DNA of 64,000 bases. It comes from Hormiphora californensis (taxonomy: Eukaryota > Animalia > Ctenophora). The notes under the pieces were generated by a model. That model worked only from the letters and a program-made list of their open reading frames with translations, was not told where the DNA came from and made no database searches. How positions within the stretch are numbered: the stretch's first letter is position 1; each line of letters opens with the position of its first letter. The stretch is taken from the NCBI GenBank assembly GCA_020137815.1, contig CM035355.1, positions 3,844,001-3,908,000 of the forward strand, written 5' to 3'. Positions 1-35,200 of the stretch are shown here, in pieces. The translations under genes were made by a program, and so were the position numbers.

Positions 1-14829
<14,829 letters not shown>

Positions 14830-15908
14830 AGTTGTTGTATATATGTGTGAATTGGGACTCTCTTGAAAATATGTGTGTGAGAAAGGAAAATGTAAATATA
14901 ATGTGTGTATTCAATCTTCAATATGGGTTTTTCGGTTTTGTAAGAAACGCCTTTTATTTTGTTCAAAATTGAAAAGGGTGTGAAAACCTTGGTTTGCCAA
15001 GGCAATGGGAATTCCATGTTGTTCGTGAAAGGATGGTGACTTTACTCACACACTGGGTCCGGCCGGCCAAACGATTTCTGTGCAAGCTGTGTGTGTTACC
15101 ATGGTAGCGTGCTTCTCAGCATTTCTCTACCAGTTGTCAACCAATGGTAGCTCTCTCTCGCATCACGTGATCACACTTTCAGTAACGCGCGGCACCGAAC
15201 GACACAGTTGTAGGGTCGGTCGCGCGCAAATGTTTGATGCCGAGAGAGCGAGTGGGAGAGAGAGAGTCGCACTGTGTTGGTTTGTTCGTCCGTCACCGCG
15301 CCTCAGTACCCCTGACGTCATGTTGGCGTTTGTGGCGCCCTAGCGCCATCCTGGTAGCTCAATTTGATCGGGGATTACACTTCTTGGGCTCACTGGCATA
15401 TTTTCTACTTGCCTGTATAGGTTCAATGGTCTCCCGGTGTTTCTAAAAATAGGACCACGATGACCATTTTATACCGTCTCGTTTACATTTGGTTAACCAC
15501 TCGCATAACCACTCCGCCGATTTTGTTGTTTCTGGTGGCAAAAGTTAGCCAAAAGTCTCTTTTAGAGCGTGGTAACTTTGGTTTTTCAAAATCCTTCAAA
15601 TTCTGGCAGACATTTCAAAATAGCCTCATGATACTCCCTCGGCCGGGAGAGGGAGGAAGGCCGCCAGAAACCACTATTTTGCCAATAACTTCCGTGTTTC
15701 TTGACCGATTTTCCTGAAATTTTGTGACAGTGGTGCCCTACCCTAGGCCCACAAACCCCTAAATTTTGGTGCAGATCTGCGACCCGGTTTTGACGGTACA
15801 GCACCTTCAATATTTCGGCCATTTTTGCACTCTGAAAAGTTATCAGCGCACAGCAACCTGAGAGAGCTGTGTTCTGCGAGCGCGCGACGTTGTCCGACGG
15901 TGTGTCAT

Positions 15909-15998
15909 CCAATGAGATGGCGGGATCTCAACCAATAGGAGACGAGTACACGGAGTGTCCACCAATGAGAGAGCGTATCTGGTGGGGAGAGAGCCAAT
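15909..15998 (+). promoter_or_regulatory. Cluster of four CCAAT boxes upstream of H3.3 (candidate NF-Y promoter)
   Basis: CCAAT at 15909, 15932, 15962 and 15994, all in one orientation, ~125-210 bp upstream of the H3.3 ATG. Confidence 0.6.
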
Positions 15999-16099
15999 CA
16001 GGTTGCAGGGAATTGGAGTGCAAGTGAGAGAGTGACCGCCGATACAGCCACCCATATTTTGTTGTGTAGTTTTCTTTGTTGAGAAAGAGTATACCGTAG

Positions 16100-16873
<774 letters not shown>

Positions 16874-17352
16874 AACTTGACAATTCCCCATCTATTTCAC
16901 AGAATGTGTGTTTATTGACTCCTTAATGATTCACCCGCCCGCCCAAATGAACAAAAGAGAGCGTGTTTTTATGTTTATTTATTCATTCTATACAATCTTT
17001 TCTCCCCCAATATCGTCTCGCGATAATCCAATTCTCTATTTGTTCTAATAGACGTTTAATGACACATCAGTGATGAGAGAGAGAGCTAGAGCTGTAATGT
17101 TTACTTTTTCACAGATAACACATTGTAAAATCACACCGCTGAGTTTTCCATTGCCAAGAGATAGAAAGAGAACTTGACACGCCCATTTCTCGTTGAGAAA
17201 CAAAATAAGTCTGTAATTTCGAATTCTGGCAACTATTTTTCCGAGATTTTGGGTGAGACAGCGAGAGAGAAACACTTGTATTGCAGATTGTTTAAATATG
17301 TGTGTGAAATCAAATAACAACAATATTCTCCACACCGTACTGTTACAATGTA

Positions 17353-25629
<8,277 letters not shown>

Positions 25630-25849
25630 CCTAAAATGAATGGTAGTGTTAAACATTGTTACTTGTTAGGCGCTCGGGTGAGTCCGACCCACTGCCGTTA
25701 AAACAAGCAACACGTGTTTAAAACCAGAAATTTTCATTTTTGGAAATTTTTCAAATGTCACGAATAGAAACGTGATCTGATCTGCAACTGCGCGTCTTTA
25801 TTTGACAAATTTTAAGCAGCGTTTTCATCAAATTGTAAAGTAAAAATTC

Positions 25850-25996
25850 ACTAACCCCAACACCGATTGGCATCACTTTCCAACAGCCGAAGAGAAGCTG
25901 CCGAAGAGAGAAAGGGGGTAACCGTATGAAGAGTTAATCGCGATGAGTCTCATTCACATTGGGTTCGATCATTTGCCCCCGGTGTTGGGGTTAGTA
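25850..25996. repeat. Short element with 16-bp terminal inverted repeats between the divergent oxygenase and PCYT1 genes
   Basis: actaaccccaacaccg (25850-25865) / cggtgttggggttagt (~25980-25995). Confidence 0.5.
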
Positions 25997-27052
25997 ATAA
26001 ATAAATCTTAAAATCACTCACTCAAATAAACAATAAATATTATAAATAAAAATCAAATTGTAAAGTCCGTTTCAAGCGACTTGACCCGTAATTCTTGGAA
26101 TTTGGCGCATTGCGCGTGTATTTACAAAGGGGAAATCCTGAATTTCCAGGAATCTCAGGTCAAGTCGTTTGAAACGCACTTTAAGCCGCAGCGCTCAAAT
26201 CACGCAAGTGTGCAGCGCAAACTACAAAATCTACTGTTTAAAAATATAAACAGGTCCGAAAAATTTCAGAAACTGGACAAAAATTGGAATGCGCTGATAT
26301 TGAAAAGCGCTGCCTTATGACTTATCCCGCGCTGCCAGCAACGTTTGCCAAGCGCTGATACAGAGACTGAGGCAGAGGGAGAGACATACTTAGAGAGGGA
26401 CAGAGATAGAGACAGAGACAGAGGGGGAGACAGAGACAGAGGGATCAGCGACAGAGATGTGAACCGATACACGGTACTGCTCACGATTCGGTGTACCTCA
26501 TTAGCGACGGAACCGCTTACAATGTGAACTGATACGAGGGTACTGCTCACGATTCGTTCTACCTCATTAAAGGGTCCCTTAACTTCCTAGGGTCCCTTAA
26601 AGGGTCCCTTAACTTTCTAGGGTCCCTTAAAGGGTGCCTTAACCGGTCGGGCTTCTTCTCACCTGCCAACGGCTCTTGCGATCCGCGCGTTCTGAGCTGT
26701 GATTGGTGGGCGTGACTTGAATGTGCATGACATTTCCGAGCCTCTTCAAAAAGTTCGAGTCATCCACAAATCGAGATCCATCCTACCTTTTCCAGTGTTC
26801 TGAGTTCTCTGTTCCGTAACAGACTTTACACTTTTGCCAACTGTGCCATTTGGTTCTCTGTTCTCTGAGGTCTGAAACCCTCCCAAAAAGCTACATAACA
26901 GGCGTGCAGCGTGCAGCGAATGCTAACTACCCAAGACATATATTTATAGCTAGCTGTGCTTCTAATTGTAATTGAATTCTTGTTTTACTTTACAAATGAT
27001 TGTTGCTGTTCACTGAAAACAATAACCATCTCTAGGTCAGGGAATCCCAGTC

Positions 27053-30000
27053 ATGAGTGAACATCAAAAACAGGTAATTCCTTCTTTAACGATATCCCAA
27101 CTGAAGAATTTCATTCCAACCGAGCTTGTTATAAAACATCCCTTCCCTTGTATGACACATTGACACAATCATCTTCCTTCAGAACTACTCTTTGCCAGCA
27201 GTAAAGTTAGGGGAACCTAACGACTGTTTTAAGGAGCGGTATGGACATCTCATAAACCCTGTTGCCGATGCCTCAAAATACCCTCACATCGCTGGAAAAG
27301 ATCAAATAAGGATATATGTGGATGGTGTATTTGATATGTTTCATTTTGGGCATGCCCGATACATACTGCAGGCCAAGAACATGTTTCCTAACACTTGGAT
27401 TGTAGCTGGAGGTAAGGAATCAAATATAGGCCTAGATCAAACTTTTTGATCAAATTATTTTATCTAGATCTCTCACCTTCCAAACAAAATGTGTATTGCT
27501 CCTTTTATAGTGGAATACTAACCCTCTCAACCCCTATCACAGTTTCCTCTGGTGAGACTACAAACGAGTTGAAAGGCAGGACGGTGATGACTGAGGAGGA
27601 GAGATGTGAGAACGTGAGACAGTGTCGGTATGTTGATGAGGTGATCTGCCCTGCCCCCTGGTGCCTCACTCTCGAGTTCCTAGATGAACATAATGTAGGT
27701 TGTTACTTGAGTTACTAGATGACATAAAGTCCATTTTTATTCAACTGTTCACCCCTCAACTCGTGCGCGTGCGATATTTTAATTTACGCTGCGCGCTACA
27801 CGTTAACATGTGATAAACGCGCAAAACAATTCCGCGCACGACTTTGGGGGGTGAACAGTTGAAAAAAATGGACATTAATGTAGGTTATGGCGGGTTAGTA
27901 CAGGTAGTGTTTGTAATGATTTGTGATGACGGTATTCGGGTTTAAATTGGGCTTGTAATTTGGGTACTACCCGCATCCTCCATATCCTTAAATCGATAGT
28001 GTTTACGCAGTGAATACAGAGCGAATGCAGAGTGAATGCAGAATGAATGCAGAGTGAATGCAGAGCGAATGCAGAGCGAATGCAGAGTGAATGCAGAGCG
28101 AATGCAGAGTGAATGCAGAGTGAATGCAGAGTGGTTCCAGAGTGAATACGCAGTGAATGCAGAGCGAATACGCAATCATTGGTAATATCCTACCAGAACT
28201 AGAATGCCGTAAATACGCAGTGATAAAAAATTGGATATTGTATGGTAAGTCACAAGCAAACAGGCATGAGGCCGGTAACGCAAACAAAAGGGAGAGGGAG
28301 ATAGAGAGGGAGAGGGAGATAGAGAGAGGGAGATAGAGATAGAGATAGAGAGGGAGATAGAGAGGGAGATAGAGAGGGAGATAGAGAGGGAGAGGGAGAT
28401 ATAGAGATAGAGATAGAGATAGAGATAGAGATAGAGATAGAGAGGGAGATAGAGAGGGAGAGGGAGATAGAGATAGAGAGAGGGAGATAGAGAGAGGGAG
28501 ATAGAGAGAGGGAGATAGAGATAGAGATAGAGATAGAGAGGGAGATAGAGATAGAGATAGAGATAGAGATAGAGAGGGAGAGGGAGAGGGAGATAGAGAG
28601 GGAGAGAGAGACAAAACCACTTTTTTCGGGTTGTAGCAACAATATCCAATTTTTTATCACTGCGTATTTACGGCATTCTAGTTCTGGTATGATTGCGTAT
28701 TCGCTCTGCATTCACTGCGTATTCACTGCGTATTCGCTCTGTATTCACTGCGTATTCACTCTGTATTCACTGCGTAAACAGTTCTGGTAGGATATCCCCA
28801 ATGATTGCGTATTCACTCTGCATTCACTGCGTATTCACTCTGGAACCACTCTGCATTCACTCTGCATTCACTCTGCATTCGCTCTGCATTCACTCTGCAT
28901 TCGCTCTGCATTCGCTCTGCATTCACTCTGCATTCGCTCTGTATTCACTGCGTAAACACTATCGATTTAAGGATATGGAGGATGCGGGTAGTACCGTAAT
29001 TTGGGTCGAATATAATGTAGTTTGCAACTTTACTGGGTACCTTGATCTGCCGAACTCTCACAGTAGTAGAGGAAAAACGGTTGAAGATAGAGCTTAAAAG
29101 TCCGACGTCGACCCCCCATAACTTGGCCATTGCCTACAAAATGGCACCAATGAAACGTCTCTAAACCATTCCTAAGTGGCTATAGCCATATAGCCAAAAT
29201 ACGGTTATGCGCGTATCTAATTATCCAATTATTCAATTAACCAGATGAGATAGAGACTTAATTCCGGCACCTACCCCCACTAATGCGAGGACGCTGATCA
29301 CTTTAGTGCCCTCAGATTTGTCTTTACTCCTATTTTAAGGGTACTTATGGTTTTGGCCTCAGGCTGAAAATACAGGTACCCAATTATGGCCAATTAGGGC
29401 ACTTTTTCCACCTCTGAGCGCTTGCGTAAGTTGCTCATTGGATTCAGCGTATCAAAATTAGTCGGGTAGAGTGGTTTTCGCTTTTATAACAATTAGTTGC
29501 CTAAATTTTTCAGTTTTTCCTCTACTACAGAGAAATAAAATGCAGTGTGAGCCACACAATGAATACCAGCCTAATGCTTAAGTCATTTGCAATAAAACTG
29601 TCCCGTGAAATCTGACCTGAAAGTGTGCTGGAATGTATTATCTTTTTTATATATCGCACGGCTTTCATAATGTTAAGAGACACTCTCATTTTCGTGGGAA
29701 TATATTGTGAAGATAGCATGTTTTAGGCCAGGAAATACACCTCTGTTATCTATCCCGTACTTTAAAAGGTCTTAAGACTCCGAGAGAGAGACAAGACGTC
29801 GTGTCTCTCTGTCGGAGTAGAACTTCCAATTCTGTTCTGGAACGTCCCCAGAATTTTTGACAACAATCTTATCTTGTGTTGTGCAAAATAGAGTCATGTG
29901 AACATGGTACATAGAAGGGACAAGGGTGTGGTGTCAAACATACAACAAGTATTTTTTTAAACAAAAAACTCAGAAGTTTTTAGTGCCAAACAACCTACGA

Positions 30001-30509
30001 CTTATATCGAAACTTCTAACAACTTCTAATTTCTAATTACCTATTTCCCATTATTTCAGATAGATTTTGTAGCACAGGGCGCTGATCCCTATCCCATGGG
30101 AGATATACCTGACATCTATAAACCCATCAAAGACGCAGGTACTTACTTTTTCACTGTATATCATTTCACATTGTTTTTGTATCAGATTTTACCGATTTAC
30201 ATTCATGCCAGTCTAAACACAGTTTTAGTTGTACATGTACCCCGTTTCTTTCTAACCTACCCCATTTCTTTGCTTAACCCCAAAACTCTCCAATTTCCAT
30301 TACACTTTCTCTCCCAGGTCGTTTCCTCCCAGTGTACCGAACTAACAGTGTCTCAACATCTGAACTGATTAGTAGGATTATAGCTGAGTATGACGAATAC
30401 CTGACACGGAATCTGGAGAGAGGTTACACCAGGCATGATCTTGGTATCAACATTCTAACAGTGAGTCTTTCCTTCCCTGGTATATTTGTTTAGGAAGAAA
30501 GGGTTATAT

Positions 30510-30546
<37 letters not shown>

Positions 30547-31139
30547 GGGTGGTAGTCGAATTGTCGCGAAATACAATGGGGCAGAAAATAACTCGATTTC
30601 TGGAAACTAGTTTGGCACTAAGCCCAATATGTATCACATCAGGAGAAAAGGTTAAAGGTAAAGAAACGTGTTGAGGGTGTTCAGAAGAGAATACATGATT
30701 ATGTTGCTGACTTCATGGCCTACTTCTACGAACCAATAGTAAGTTTTTGGGAAACAAGAAAATAAGTTGAAAGTTTTAAAAGCGGACAACGGTGCATGAT
30801 GGTTTGCAGTTTGTAGCAGTTCTCACGTGATCCGAAGAATTATTTCAGATGTAAATTATTCCTCTCTAGACTCACATAAAATGTCTACCTTCCTACCAGA
30901 ACCACACTCATCTCATACCCCCCCTCTCCTTTAGAGCCACACTCATCTCATATCCCCCTCTCTCCCTCCTTCAGAGCCACAGGATATACGCCTACTTATC
31001 AGACGTGGAAGGGGAGGCAGAAGATGAGGAGGTAGAAGAGAGCACACCAGCTGTAAAACCATTCACTACAACAGCTGGCCTGATTAATTCTACTGAAAAG
31101 AGAGATGGTGATGAAACCAGTCAGCCAGAAACGAAGTAG
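27053..31139 (+). CDS. PCYT1: Choline-phosphate cytidylyltransferase (CCT)-like
   Basis: Exons 27053-27073, 27183-27411, 27543-27694, 30060-30138, 30318-30460, 30643-30738, 30975-31139. Motifs [17 protein letters not shown] (HxGH), [46 protein letters not shown], then an amphipathic segment and an acidic tail. Confidence 0.92.
27729..27873. mobile_element. Small palindromic MITE in a PCYT1 intron
   Basis: gtccatttttattcaactgttcacccc...ggggtgaacagttgaaaaaaatggac. Confidence 0.7.
27963..28995. mobile_element. Foldback DNA element, GGTACTAC termini, 8-bp TSD (Merlin-like), 11-bp minisatellite arms and GA-rich core
   Basis: TIR ggtactacccgcatcctccatatcc; TSD GTAATTTG (27955-27962, 28996-29003); (gaatgcagagt/c)n arms mirrored. 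Confidence 0.9.
29075..29395. mobile_element. Truncated copy of the 20536-21685 foldback family
   Basis: Near-identical to ~21234-21555 (aaacggtt..gatagag..aaaagtccgacgtcgac...cacctacccccactaatgcgaggacgctgatcac). Confidence 0.8.
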
Positions 31140-31480
31140 ACCTCCGAACTCTCTCTCTTTCTGTTTTGGGACTTTTTGTGGCAGGGCTTTTTACTCCTTA
31201 TATTCGATTTAGTTTGTACTGATATGTAGATTTTGTGTATTTTTGTAGTATCCATGTACATAATTAAAAATCTCTAATTTTCCATTGATTATGTAGACTG
31301 ATTCTTCTAATTAGACCGTTTAGTAATATATTTTAACCATTTGCTAACAACAAAAACATATCGGTTTTAGTGTTTCTACTCACTACACACAAATTTCAAC
31401 CAATATCAAAATTCAAAATACTAGCACTTCCATTATTTGTTGTTCCATACAAAACTAACCCAGATCAGCAAGTTGTAGAA

Positions 31481-32201
31481 ATGAGCAGTAACAAGAAAGA
31501 GAAATCTTCAGCTGCAATCGAGAGGACAAATGATCCGGAGGAATACTTTGAAAAAGTTGGTGTTGCAGGCGCTGTCAGAGAGGTAAATATCTTGGTTTTT
31601 AGTTGTAGAAACAACAAACCGACACGTACCGGGGTCTCACCCAATAATCATACAATGTTGCTTCAAGAAGTCAGCAGCCAGCTTGTGTGAGATATCGGTG
31701 TCTCAGATATAAAAACGCACACCACGATTGGTCACAGAGTGGAAATTCTTGTTTGTTTGTTTTGTCGGTGTTATTTTAGTGTTTCCTTCTTTTTTTCCTG
31801 ACTTCTCCGTGTTAACATAAACGTCCTAATAGGTAGTATCTCTACTGATAGAAAACCGACCAAAAGATCCCATCACCTTTCTCAGCCAGTTCTTCAGATC
31901 CTACGTTGAAGAGGTAACGTATAACTAGTTCCACATTTCACTCATAACACATTGATCATTCATTCATTTCCTGGTTATTTTCCAGACCAAACTGTTCCAA
32001 ATCCAGTGTCACGGTGTTCGTTGTATTGAGAGAGATAACTCCGACTCACTACAGTAGGGCGCGCGAGCGTTTCAATAAGGTGTCAGCATTCCGTCTTTGA
32101 AAAATTCCCGCGCGCAACAAGCATGTGAAATTGAAGCTTGATTTGGACTCCGGGAGTCGGTGCTTCATCGATCATTTGCATGAACTTGCCATTGAGATTA
32201 A

Positions 32202-32252
<51 letters not shown>

Positions 32253-35200
32253 TCTCCCTCAGGCAAGTCCAATCATCAAAGCCCAGCGCCTGGTATGTCT
32301 GACGCACCACTCCCGACCAGCCTTCAATGATAATGTGATGGCTGCATACAAGCTCCTTAGAGATAAAGGTAAGGGTGGATGGTGGCACGAATAGATAGAG
32401 TAGACTCTTCCGGTTTAATTTGCCCTATTTATTTGGTTACGAAGTTACCCCTTGCCAGCGCGCAGAGTGTGAGGTGTCTTCGATACCAACCTATTTATAG
32501 TGACCTCGACCAAAACGCGGAGTTTTTACGTCAGCCGACCCGAAACCGGATTAAATTTGGCCACCCGCTGGTCTCAGGGCCTCAAAATATGTCAAAATAT
32601 GTCTGAATTGTCATTTGGGGTCATTTAGACCTTTTAATTACATGTAATTACCCTTTAATTACATGTAATTACCCTTTAATTACATGTAATTACTTCCAAT
32701 TACATTCCAATTACTTCAGCACCTCGAGAGCTTTCGAACGCACCCTAGAACACCTTTCTACTCCTTCCAATTGCCGAGTTCTGTATACCCCTTATTTTGA
32801 CTGTTTTTCGCGTCCTACCCCTTATAGGTTTGGGTATGGCCATCGCCACACTCCCTATACGTCGCGGGACCTCGAGACCTTTCCAACGAGCCATAGAACA
32901 CCTCTCTACTACTTCAGGGGGCTTCAAAACTTTCACTCTAAAAATATCTATGGTTATGGTTTTATGGTTTACCTCGACCAAAACGCGGAGTTTTTACGTC
33001 AGCCGACCCGAAACCGGATTAAATTTGGCCACCCGCTGGTCTCAGGGTCTCAGAACATGTCAAAATATGTCTGAATTATCATTTGGGGTCATGCAGACCT
33101 TTTAATTACATGTAATTACCCTTTAATTACATGTAATTACATTTTAATTACATGTAATTACTTCCAATTACATTCCAATTACTTCAGCACCTCGAGAGCT
33201 TTCGAACGCACCCTAGAACACCTTTCTACTCCTTCTAATTGCCGAGTTCTGTATACCCCTTATTTTGACTGTTTTTCGCGTCCTACCCCTTATAGGTTTG
33301 GGTATGGCCATCGCCACACCCCCTATACGTCGCGGGACCTCGAGACCTTTCCAACGAGCCATAGAACACCTCTCTACTACTTCAGCGGGCTTCAAAACTT
33401 TCACTCTAAAAATATCTATGGTTTTATGGTTTTATGGTTTTATGGTTACTATGGTTTTATGGTTTATGGTTACTCGACCAAAACGCGGAGTTTTTACGTC
33501 AGCCGACCCGAAACCGGATTAAATTTTGCCACCCGCTGGTCTCAGGGCCTCCAAATGTGTCAAAATATGTCTGAATTGTCATTTGGGGTCATTTAGACCT
33601 TTTAATTACATGTAATTACCCTTTAATTACATGTAATTACATTTTAATTGCATGTAATTACTTCCAATTACTTTAGCACCTCGAGAGCTTTCGAACGCAC
33701 CCTAGAACACCTTTCTACTCCTTCTAATTGCCGAGTTCTGTATACCCCTTATTTTGACTGTTTTTCGCGTCCTACCCCTTATAGGTTTGGGTATGGCCAT
33801 CGCCACACCCCCTATACGTCGCGGGACCTCGAGACCTTTCCAACGAGCCATAGAACACCTCTCTACTACTTCAGGGGGCTTCAAAACTTTCACTCTAAAA
33901 ATATCTATGGTTATGGTTTATGGTTAACTCGACCAAAACGCGGAGTTTTTACGTCAGCCGACCCGAAACCGGATTAAATTTGGCCACCCGCTGGTCTCAG
34001 GGCCTCAAAATATGTCAAAATATGTTTAAATTCTCATTTGGAGTCATTTAGACCTTTTAATTACATGTAATTACCCTTTAATTACATCTAATTACATTTT
34101 AATTACATGTTATTACTTCCAATTACATTCCAATTACTTCAGCACCTCGAGAGCTTTCTAACGCACCCTAGAACACCTGTCTACTCCTTCTAATTGCCGA
34201 GATCTGCATACCCCTTATTTTGACTGTTTTTCGCGTCCTACCCCTTATGGGTTTGGGTACGGCCATCGCCGCACCCCCTATACGTCGCGGGACCTCGAGA
34301 CCTTTCCAACGAGCCATAGAACACCTCTCTACTACTTCAGGGGGCTTCAAAACTTTCACTCTAAAAATATCTATGGTTTTATGGTTTATGGTTTTATGGT
34401 TTTATGGTTTTTTTTTCATCTGGTATTAAGGGCCTGTCGGCTCGGCCCCGTTGTTTTAGTTTTAGGGGGGATGTTTTAGGGGGGATGGATTGAGTTTGGG
34501 TTATATTCGGGTCGGGGGGCCTTGCCAGGCCCCGAATGGTTATGGTTTTTTTTTCATCTGGTATTAAGGGCCTGTCGGCTCGGCCCCGTTGTTTTAGTTT
34601 TAGGGGGGATGTTTTAGGGGGGATGGGTTGAGTTTGGGTTATATTCGGGTCGGGGGGCCTTGCCAGGCCCCGAATGGTTTACCTCGACCAAAACGCGGAG
34701 TTTTTACGTCAGCCGACCCGAAACCGGATTAAATTTGGCCACCCGCTGGTCTCAGGGCCTCAAAATACGTCAAAATATGTTTAAATTGTCATTTGGGGCC
34801 ATTTAGACCTTTTAATTACATGTAATTACCCTTTAATTACATGTAATTACCCTTTAATTACATGTAATTACTTCCAATTACATTCCAATTACTTCAGTAC
34901 CTCGAGAGCTTTCGAACGCACCCTAGAACACCTTTCTACTCCTTCCAATTGCCGAGTTCTGTATACCCCTTATTTTGACTGTTTTTCGCGTCCTACCCCT
35001 TATAGGTTTGGGTATGGCCATCGCCACACACCCTATACGTCGCGGGACCTCGAGACCTTTCCAACGAGCCATAGAACACCTCTCTACTACTTCAGGGGGC
35101 TTCAAAACTTTCACTCTAAAAATATCTATGGTTTTATGGTTTATGGTTATCTCGACCAAAACGCGGAGTTTTTACGTCAGCCGACCCGAAACCGGATTAA

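Noticed and set aside
26567-26643. TTAA-punctuated agggtcccttaa tandem repeat
   Set aside because: Too short to classify; could be a local duplication or an element footprint.
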